A DNA stretch of 60,815 nucleotides, taken from IMG/VR virus record IMGVR_UViG_3300045579_000055, positions 1 to 60,815 of that record. One strand, given 5' to 3'. The DNA comes from a virus (Duplodnaviria > Caudoviricetes). The translations under genes were made by a program, and so were the position numbers. The notes below the pieces were generated by a model, which ran no database searches, had not been told where the DNA came from, and saw only the letters and a list, made by a program, of their open reading frames with translations. This document shows positions 54,238 to 60,815 of the stretch, one piece after another. Position 1 is the first letter of the stretch; every line of letters starts with the position of its first letter.

Positions 54238-56115
54238 TTATTTGAGATCTCCGAACACAACCCAGGTATTTGCTGCTCTCTTCATGAGAGTTGCAGATGA
54301 CCATCGTGTACGTAGTGTTAATCCTGGAGTAGCATTTGCTGTTACTCCCGCTCCTGCTGCGATTGCAACTGAGCCAGTGTCTGTCTGAAGAACATCAATA
54401 GTTGTTCCAATTGGGAAGTTCAATGTTGAATCTGCAGGAATTGTTACATTTACTGCCGAAGCACCAGTATGAGAAACTTCAATCAAGGAATCTCTTTCTG
54501 ACAGTGCTGAAAGGGTATATGCTGCTGTCTTTTGAATAATTGGAGTTCTTGAAGGAACGCCTTCCTTTGTCTGTGTACCGTCTGAGAATGCTACACCAGA
54601 TGATACTGTTACAGTTGTTGCTTCAAGTCCTGCTACTGCAAGGGTATCAAGAGAGCCTTCTCCGAATGCCACGGTTGTTGATGGCTCTGTTGAAACATCC
54701 TTGAACAACTTCCACTTAGCATCAGATACGTCTCTTACGATACCTGCATGCTTTGCTGCCCCATCGTTGTATGCTACAACAAGACCAAGGTCAACAGTGT
54801 TTGCTGCATTTTGGTGAGCAAGTTGAACCATGTTATCTTCAATTGTAATAGATGTTGCGCTTGCATTAAATGTTGTACCATTTACAGTCAAGTTTCCATC
54901 AACTGTAAGATCCTGGTCAATCTCTACTGAACCAGTGAATATTGCGCCAGACAATGAAGCCTTTGCGTCAAGTGCTGTTTGTGTAGCAGTTGAAACTGGC
55001 TTATCTGCATCTGATGTATTATCAACATTGCCAAGTCCTACTGAAGACTTAGTAAGTGCTGCTACTGCAGTTGAAATCTTTGTGTCTGCTTCTGTTCCTG
55101 CTGAAGCAACTGCTGCATTTGCTTTATTTGTTGCGTCTTGTGCTGCTGTTGCAATTGCATCTGCTTCTGCTTGATCAGCATATGCTGTAGTTGCAATTGT
55201 TGAATCAATATCAAATCTTCCGTCTACTGCATTCCACTCAATACCAGTTCCAGCAAGTGCTGACTGATCTACTTCTGCTCCGTCGATAGCATCTTCAAGA
55301 TCTGCCTGAGTTACAAGAAGAGATGTGTCTGCAATTCCATGTACGCTTAGTGTTAAGTTTGCGTGTGTTCCAAGATCTCCAGAAACTACAGAGACTGCGC
55401 CTGCAAGATCTGAGTCAGTAACTAGTACTGATGTATCTGGAATCCCGTGTACATCTGTTGTTAGGCTATTGTGAGTAGTAATTGCGTTTGTTATTGCTGT
55501 TGACATTCCTGTGCTGTTAACAAGATCTGTCATATCTGAAATTCCATGAACATTCTCTGTTGTAGATGCGTGATCAGTAAGTTGTGAGATATTTGCTTTT
55601 TGACCGAGATTATTTGTAATAGTTGTAGCATAATCAGCATCGTTTGCAAGTGCTGCTGCTAACTCTTGTAGTGTATCTAGTGCACCAGGTGCGCCATTAA
55701 CAAGGTTATTAATCTTTGTCTGAACAAATTCTGTTGTTGCAATTTGAGTTGTGTTTGTTGCTGCAGATGCAGTTGGTGCCAATGGTACTCCAGTAAACTC
55801 TGGAGATGCTATTGTTGCCTTAAGATTTAGTGTGTCTTGTATATCTGAAAAATAATCTGGATTATCTCCTAGTGCTGCTGCTAGTTCATTAAGAGTATCT
55901 AGTGCGCCAGGTGCGCCATCTACAAGATTATTGATTGCGGTTTGCAGTTCTGCTGCATTGGCAAAATACTGCAATGCTGACCAGGCTGAGGAGCCATTAC
56001 CCATCTTAAATTTATTTGTGTCGGTTTCAAAACCGATTTCACCTGCTGCTAATATTGGATTGGCAGCCGTCCATTGGGCTGCAGTACCTCTGCGCTGTTG
56101 CATTCTTGTTGCCAT
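54238..56115 (-). CDS. Tail fibre-like virion protein
   Basis: Mtd_N/hyaluronidase-type N-terminus (QRRGTAAQW..NPIL..GEIGFETDT..FKMGNG), two APGALDTL.ELAAAL repeats, DADKPVSTA, and C-terminal WVVFGDL. Confidence 0.8.
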   Translation of the reverse strand: MATRMQQRRGTAAQWTAANPILAAGEIGFETDTNKFKMGNGSSAWSALQYFANAAELQTAINNLVDGAPGALDTLNELAAALGDNPDYFSDIQDTLNLKATIASPEFTGVPLAPTASAATNTTQIATTEFVQTKINNLVNGAPGALDTLQELAAALANDADYATTITNNLGQKANISQLTDHASTTENVHGISDMTDLVNSTGMSTAITNAITTHNSLTTDVHGIPDTSVLVTDSDLAGAVSVVSGDLGTHANLTLSVHGIADTSLLVTQADLEDAIDGAEVDQSALAGTGIEWNAVDGRFDIDSTIATTAYADQAEADAIATAAQDATNKANAAVASAGTEADTKISTAVAALTKSSVGLGNVDNTSDADKPVSTATQTALDAKASLSGAIFTGSVEIDQDLTVDGNLTVNGTTFNASATSITIEDNMVQLAHQNAANTVDLGLVVAYNDGAAKHAGIVRDVSDAKWKLFKDVSTEPSTTVAFGEGSLDTLAVAGLEATTVTVSSGVAFSDGTQTKEGVPSRTPIIQKTAAYTLSALSERDSLIEVSHTGASAVNVTIPADSTLNFPIGTTIDVLQTDTGSVAIAAGAGVTANATPGLTLRTRWSSATLMKRAANTWVVFGDLK

Positions 56116-56170
56116 TTATATCTCCTTATGGGGTCTGCCCATGAACTAGTCTTATTATAACATCAATTTT

Positions 56171-56626
56171 TTAATTGAAATTATCTACTACACTACCGCC
56201 ATCGAATACGACAGTCCATTCTGTTGTGTCTGGTCCGCCTGCATCCAATCCTATGCCCAATGGGCTATTAAACGATCCACCCTCGTAAAACTGAGTTACT
56301 ATGAAGCCAGTTCCATCAATTGATGTATCGTGAATATGCTGTGGTAGATTATTTGTATCATCAATAGTTGCCTGGGTATACCAAGAACCATTGTAATAGA
56401 AATTTAATCTATTTGTATTTGTATCTAACCACTGCTGTCCGTTAGTTGGTGAAGAAGGAGCCGTTGCGCTTACAGGGATAGACCCGATCAAGGACTCTAC
56501 ATACTCCTTGGTTGCTGCATGTGAAGCAAGAGTTGGTGCTCCTACTGTTACTGCGCCTCCGAATGTACCGCCGTTAGTTACGACTAGTCCATTTTTGACC
56601 TTGAAGTCTTTATCGACTGTTGCCAT
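56171..56626 (-). CDS. Virion fibre-associated protein
   Basis: KDFKVKNGL start, HAATKEYV, SATAPSSPTNGQQWLDT. Confidence 0.65.
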   Translation of the reverse strand: MATVDKDFKVKNGLVVTNGGTFGGAVTVGAPTLASHAATKEYVESLIGSIPVSATAPSSPTNGQQWLDTNTNRLNFYYNGSWYTQATIDDTNNLPQHIHDTSIDGTGFIVTQFYEGGSFNSPLGIGLDAGGPDTTEWTVVFDGGSVVDNFN

Positions 56627-56660
56627 TTACTGCTCCTTCTTCCAACTATTTATTTTTTTA

Positions 56661-58283
56661 CTACTTTAAAAGTGTTCCAACAACAGCAACTGTTGAGTTG
56701 TTATTGTCAGTTGTTACACGAAGACGAACATCTGCTCCAGAAACGTCTGCTGAAACTGATCCAAGAGAACCATTTGTTCCAACCATTGCGTATTCTGTTA
56801 CTGCGACATTGTCTGATGTGTCAAGTGTTAGAATAACTTTTGAAACCTCTGTATGGGTTCCGTTGGCAATCTTAACAAGGAACTCAGCAGAACGATAGTC
56901 TGCCTTAGCCCATGAAACTGCTGTGCTTGTGCTTGCAGTTGCGACAGTTGCTTCTGCTGCTACCTGCTTTGCTACTGAAGCAATCTCTACTGCAGGGAAG
57001 TCTGGAGTAACTGCTTCAAGAGCAGATACTGCACGAGCATCTGTGAAGTAAAGACGGTTTACGCCTTCTGCAAGATCATCAGTTGTAGAGTCTGCAACAC
57101 CATTTTCTGCTGTAATTGTAAGATTATTTGATCCATCTTTAGTAATTACAATGTTAGTTTTTGTTGCATTTGCAAGCAATGTTGCTGCTTCTGCTTTTGC
57201 ACGAGCATCTGTGTAATAAAGGTTTGAACCTTCTGCTACATCGTCTGTATCAAGTGCTGCAATAGTTCCATTTATTGTTGAAGCAAGTCCATCTGCATAT
57301 GTCTTAGCATCTGCTTCTGCTGTGTCAGCGTATGACTGATAAGCAGTTGTAATTGCTGTCTCACGAGTATCTGTATATGCTTTTGCGTCAACTTCAGCCT
57401 GATCTGCATATGCATTAGCATCTGCCTCTGCTGCATCAACATATTGCTTTGTTGCTGCTTCAAGATTGTTTGCTGGGTCTGCATGAAGAACAAGAGCACC
57501 AGTCATGGTGTCTCCAGCCTTTGAAACCTTTGTTCCTACTGATGTGGCAAGATCTGCTGCATAGTTTGGATTATCTCCAATTGCTGCTGCTAACTCGTTA
57601 AGTGTGTTAAGAAGTTCTGGAGCAGAATCTACAAGATCTGCAACCTTTTGATCAGCATAAGACTTTGCGTCTGCTTCTGCTGTATCTGCATATGATTGAT
57701 ATGCTGTTGTAATAGCAGTCTCACGAGTATCTGTGTAAGCCTTTGCATCTGCTTCTGCAGTATCTGCATAAGACTTAAGAGAAGCATCAAGTGAAGAAAT
57801 TTCTCCATCTGTGTAATCATTTGCATCTTCAAGTGCTGCGTTAGCCTTTGAAGTAGCATCTGCTGCTGCGTCTGCAATTGCTTCTCCCTTAGCGGTAGCA
57901 ACTTCTGCATCTGTTGCAAATGAACCATTTAGGGTTGTAGAAATTTGTACATTTTGTGTACCATTAAAATTAACTTGACCAGTTACATCACCAGTAAGTT
58001 CAATTGTGCGAGAAGTCTCAAGCGCTGTTGCTGTATCTGCATTACCAGTTACATCACCAACGAGATCTGCTGTAATTGTACCTGCAGCAAAGTTGCCAGA
58101 AGCATCACGCTTTACAACCTTATCTGCTTCGTTTGCTGAGGTGGCTGTACCACCAATTAAGTTGACGATGTATGTATTATCGTCTGGTTTCTTGGTAAGA
58201 ACGTCAAAATTGTTTACTGTTGCTGTTGTGCCTTCGACAATGAGACCATTCTTTACCTTAAAGTCTTTTACTACTGTTGCCAT
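56661..58283 (-). CDS. Fibre-like virion protein
   Basis: KRDASGNFAAGTITA, GNADTATAL, coiled YAD repeats, APELLNTLNELA, two LYY/FTDARA motifs. Confidence 0.75.
   Translation of the reverse strand: MATVVKDFKVKNGLIVEGTTATVNNFDVLTKKPDDNTYIVNLIGGTATSANEADKVVKRDASGNFAAGTITADLVGDVTGNADTATALETSRTIELTGDVTGQVNFNGTQNVQISTTLNGSFATDAEVATAKGEAIADAAADATSKANAALEDANDYTDGEISSLDASLKSYADTAEADAKAYTDTRETAITTAYQSYADTAEADAKSYADQKVADLVDSAPELLNTLNELAAAIGDNPNYAADLATSVGTKVSKAGDTMTGALVLHADPANNLEAATKQYVDAAEADANAYADQAEVDAKAYTDTRETAITTAYQSYADTAEADAKTYADGLASTINGTIAALDTDDVAEGSNLYYTDARAKAEAATLLANATKTNIVITKDGSNNLTITAENGVADSTTDDLAEGVNRLYFTDARAVSALEAVTPDFPAVEIASVAKQVAAEATVATASTSTAVSWAKADYRSAEFLVKIANGTHTEVSKVILTLDTSDNVAVTEYAMVGTNGSLGSVSADVSGADVRLRVTTDNNNSTVAVVGTLLK
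57304..57770. repeat. Internal duplication, two copies 360 bp apart
   Basis: AKAYTDTRETAITTAYQSYADTAEADAK occurs twice; TCACGAGTATCTGT at 57361 and 57721. Confidence 0.85.
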
Positions 58284-58299
58284 TTTATTATCTCCTTAG

Positions 58300-58746
58300 T
58301 TATGCCTTAAGTCCTATACGGGCGAACCGTGCAGTGACTGGCTTGATCGCAGGATCTGGAGTGACTGTAATAGCCACGGTATTTCCAGTGCGAGAGACGC
58401 TTATGGTGCCAATATTCCCATCATTGTCTATTGTTCCGTATTCGCTGACTGATACATTTGCACCGTCAACGAGAATTGTTAGTTCGGTTGCATAGAACTT
58501 GTTGTCCCCTGCTGTGGTCTTGGATACTGAAATAATATACTTGACCATACGCCAAACTGTAGCATCAAAGTTATCAATTACAGTTACGTTCTCAATACCA
58601 GTGATTGTGTTTTCATTGTTACCATAAGAACCCAAGTCTGTTGCTTGAGCAGTTGCGGTATCAATCAAATCTTCATAATTTTCTTGAGTAGGCCTATCTC
58701 CTGTTTCAAAAAGAGCCTTTACGCCTGAAATTGATATTTTAGCCAT
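58300..58746 (-). CDS. Virion structural protein
   Basis: FETGDRPTQENYEDLIDT N-terminal motif; C-domain similar to that of 56661..58283. Confidence 0.65.
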   Translation of the reverse strand: MAKISISGVKALFETGDRPTQENYEDLIDTATAQATDLGSYGNNENTITGIENVTVIDNFDATVWRMVKYIISVSKTTAGDNKFYATELTILVDGANVSVSEYGTIDNDGNIGTISVSRTGNTVAITVTPDPAIKPVTARFARIGLKA

Positions 58747-58778
58747 GTCGTAATTATAACATGCTTTTAATTAAACTA

Positions 58779-59024
58779 TTATAGAATGTAGTTGCTGTAG
58801 CCAATAACCTGTAGTGGAATTGGTGGGGGATTGTTTTTAGAGTATCCAAACACACTTACATTGATAAACTGAACCCGAAATGGCAAAACCTCTTCTACTC
58901 TAGCCTTTGGCTGGAAGTGATCTATTCTTATTCTTTTGACATCAAGGTCTTTGATTTGAGTATGAGCAAGCCTATGGGTTGTTCTATAAAATTCTTGTGG
59001 TAGTGGGGTTAGGTTTGTTGTCAT
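58779..59024 (-). CDS. Hypothetical protein
   Basis: 81 aa, abutting the upstream gene; PPPIPLQVIGYSNYIL end. Confidence 0.55.
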   Translation of the reverse strand: MTTNLTPLPQEFYRTTHRLAHTQIKDLDVKRIRIDHFQPKARVEEVLPFRVQFINVSVFGYSKNNPPPIPLQVIGYSNYIL

Positions 59025-59407
59025 TAATTTGTTACATCTTCAATGATAACCATTGACCCTTTGGCTACCGTCCAAACTCTGCCCTCTGATAAAAGTTCTG
59101 TGAGTTGGATATCAAAGATGTCTCCCGTCTCAAGAAGTTCTGATTGTGAAGATGTAATGTTTACCGTGAAACTTCCTTCTGTGTCCTGAAACTCAACTGG
59201 CTGAGGGGATAGAGAAACAATAAGCACTCCATTACGACGAATGTCCATATCAACTTCCCAGTCATCAAGAAGTAGTGGCTCTCTTGCATCGTTAGTTACA
59301 TAAACACGAAATGCTGCAGAATCTCCACGAACAACAGTCCAACGAATTTCTGGAGGTGCTGCACCTAATGCATAAGAGTCTGTGGGTTGATTTCTGAAGG
59401 TAGCCAT
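59024..59407 (-). CDS. Hypothetical virion protein (BppU-like Ig fold possible)
   Basis: VVRGDS...FDIQL...WTVAKG...EDVT pattern. Confidence 0.55.
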   Translation of the reverse strand: MATFRNQPTDSYALGAAPPEIRWTVVRGDSAAFRVYVTNDAREPLLLDDWEVDMDIRRNGVLIVSLSPQPVEFQDTEGSFTVNITSSQSELLETGDIFDIQLTELLSEGRVWTVAKGSMVIIEDVTN

Positions 59408-59419
59408 AATGTTATTATA

Positions 59420-59980
59420 TCACGACAACCCGTCTTTAAGGGCTCCCCAGGTACCGTTGCCTTTTGTTTGAACAATTAGCATTCCACCTTCAGCAAGTGT
59501 TGCTTGAATTGCAACAACTGCAATGTATCTTGCTGGTCCAGTTGCTGGTCGACCTGCAACAAGAGTTCCAGTATTATCTACATAAACCTTTGTTCCAGCA
59601 GGACCCAAACCTGTTGTATTCATTTGAATAACCCCAGAGACAATAACTAAACCATTAGAACTATCTGGAATATTATTTTTTACCAAACCAAGAATTGGAA
59701 CATTTGGATTATGGGTAGTGCTAGATGGATTATAAATTTCAATTAAAGATTTATTTTGTCCAGAATGCTGCATGCTACCACTAATAAATACTGGTATACC
59801 CTGAGAAATTGCTGTGCCTGTAGTATTTCTAACATCAATATATGCTGCGCCATAGCCCAGGGGAGGAAGAATATTATTCAAAGCATCAACTAAAACCTTA
59901 AAATCTCCGTGTACATTAACGGGATCTGAAGCAATAGGGTATGAAAGCGAGTTAGGATAGTTAGATGCGTATTCTGGCAT
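59420..59980 (-). CDS. Putative virion structural/decoration protein
   Basis: LSYPIASDPVNVHGD N-terminus; VRNTTG.AISQG.PV.ISG...GLV...G.VIVSG domain. Confidence 0.55.
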   Translation of the reverse strand: MPEYASNYPNSLSYPIASDPVNVHGDFKVLVDALNNILPPLGYGAAYIDVRNTTGTAISQGIPVFISGSMQHSGQNKSLIEIYNPSSTTHNPNVPILGLVKNNIPDSSNGLVIVSGVIQMNTTGLGPAGTKVYVDNTGTLVAGRPATGPARYIAVVAIQATLAEGGMLIVQTKGNGTWGALKDGLS

Positions 59981-59987
59981 AATCTTT

Positions 59988-59996
59988 ATTATACCA
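59988..59996 (-). promoter_or_regulatory. Extended -10 promoter at the head of the minus-strand block
   Basis: TGGTATAAT, 7 nt, then ATG (59980). Confidence 0.6.
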
Positions 59997-60006
59997 CCCT
60001 ATAAAG

Positions 60007-60036
60007 TTGACTTTTAGCATAATTTTGTGTTATACT
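60007..60036 (+). promoter_or_regulatory. Promoter of the lytic transglycosylase gene
   Basis: TTGACT-N18-TATACT with extended TG. Confidence 0.7.
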
Positions 60037-60083
60037 TGGTAGTAACACCTACCAAGGTGTTATTGTTTTCTAAGGAGGAAACT

Positions 60084-60647
60084 ATGATTAAATTTATCGA
60101 AAGAAACAAAGAGATCATTAGCATACTCAGCATACTGACTTTAGTAGCGACTTTGTCAAACGCTGCTAATGCTGAAACACAAATAGGTGACAAAAATAAT
60201 TTGAGTATAGAACAGGCTCAGGAGCAAGGAAACGCCTCGAAAGAGGTTTTTTTGGTTTCTAAGGCAAAAAAACTAGAGAGTTTTGAGAACAAGGTTTCTC
60301 TGACTGATACCGAATTAAAGCAACTCCTTTCCCTTGTAGGGTTTAAGGGGCAAGATCTTGTAGTGGCTTGGGCCATTGCCAAGAAAGAATCTAATGGTAG
60401 GCCTTTGGCATTTAATGGCAACCATAAGACTGGGGACTCCTCTTATGGAATGTTCCAAATTAATATGATTGACTCTTTAGGTCCAGACCGTAGGGATAAG
60501 TTTGACTTGGACTCTAATGCTGAATTGTTCAATCCCGTCAAAAATGCAGAGATTGCATACTACATGTCTAGAGGCGGAGAAGACTGGTCTTCATGGAAGG
60601 GTATTACCCCAAAGACCAAAATGTGGATGAAAAAATTTCCTAAGTAA
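60084..60647 (+). CDS. Lytic transglycosylase (SLT/lysozyme-like) with N-terminal signal or anchor
   Basis: AIAKKES catalytic Glu, YGMFQIN, LFNPVKNA, DWSSW; hydrophobic N-terminus ending AANA; AAGGAGG RBS before ATG 60084. Confidence 0.85.
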   Translation: MIKFIERNKEIISILSILTLVATLSNAANAETQIGDKNNLSIEQAQEQGNASKEVFLVSKAKKLESFENKVSLTDTELKQLLSLVGFKGQDLVVAWAIAKKESNGRPLAFNGNHKTGDSSYGMFQINMIDSLGPDRRDKFDLDSNAELFNPVKNAEIAYYMSRGGEDWSSWKGITPKTKMWMKKFPK

Positions 60648-60655
60648 AATATAAT

Positions 60656-60698
60656 AACTAAAAGCACCTATGGTACAAACTGTAGGTGTTTTTTAGTT
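60656..60698. terminator. Bidirectional intrinsic terminator between convergent genes
   Basis: AAAAGCACCTATGGT-ACAA-ACTGTAGGTGTTTTTT; flanked by A and T tracts. Confidence 0.75.
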
Positions 60699-60815
60699 TC
60701 TTAAAATAAGATTAATTGCTGCTCTTGGAGCCTTGACTGTTTCAACCTCATGGACTAAGTTCTTTGGAATAAACACAAAATCTCCTTCAACAATATGAGT
60801 TTCATTTTCCAAGTT
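60693..60815 (-). CDS. 3' end of a cupin/JmjC-like protein (partial)
   Basis: Manual translation ...NLENETHIVEGDFVFIPKNLVHEVETVKAPRAAINLILRN*; GDxxxIPxxxxHxV is cupin motif 2. Confidence 0.6.
   Translation of the reverse strand, partial: NLENETHIVEGDFVFIPKNLVHEVETVKAPRAAINLILRN

Noticed and set aside
1-60815. tRNA genes, integrase/att site, alternative genetic code
   Set aside because: Intergenic gaps are short with no cloverleaf seen, no recombinase ORF is present, and standard-code ORFs tile the window with all three stop codons in use.

Overview
An AT-rich, densely coding segment of a large tailed dsDNA phage. It looks siphovirus-like: there is a 2914-aa tape measure protein and no tail sheath gene in the window. 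Nearly all genes are on the minus strand. In transcription order (right to left) they are: fibre/decoration genes; a two-FN3-domain protein ending in a 92-aa Pro/Phe repeat and a Cys-rich tip; a ~6.5 kb block of six prolyl-4-hydroxylase-like 2OG-Fe(II) oxygenases plus two DUF6065-like proteins; a class II ribonucleotide reductase; head, connector and tail genes; replication and recombination genes (DnaB, primase, SSB, DnaE, RecA, Cas4-like, RuvC-like); the terminase subunits; and a secreted, host-like surface protein that runs off the left end. A divergent lytic transglycosylase lies at the right end. Gene order resembles large actinophages (Streptomyces BE/BK-like). Many extended -10 boxes sit 6-7 nt from start codons, pointing to leaderless mRNAs and an actinobacterial host; a low-GC freshwater lineage is an inference. 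The best candidate for an undescribed system is the (PFF)n/Cys-tip protein with its adjacent oxygenase battery, a possible phage-encoded post-translational modification system. Also notable are tail chaperones encoded by gene duplication rather than frameshifting. No tRNA, CRISPR array, integrase or intein was recognised. All family assignments come from motif recognition by eye; no database searches were run.
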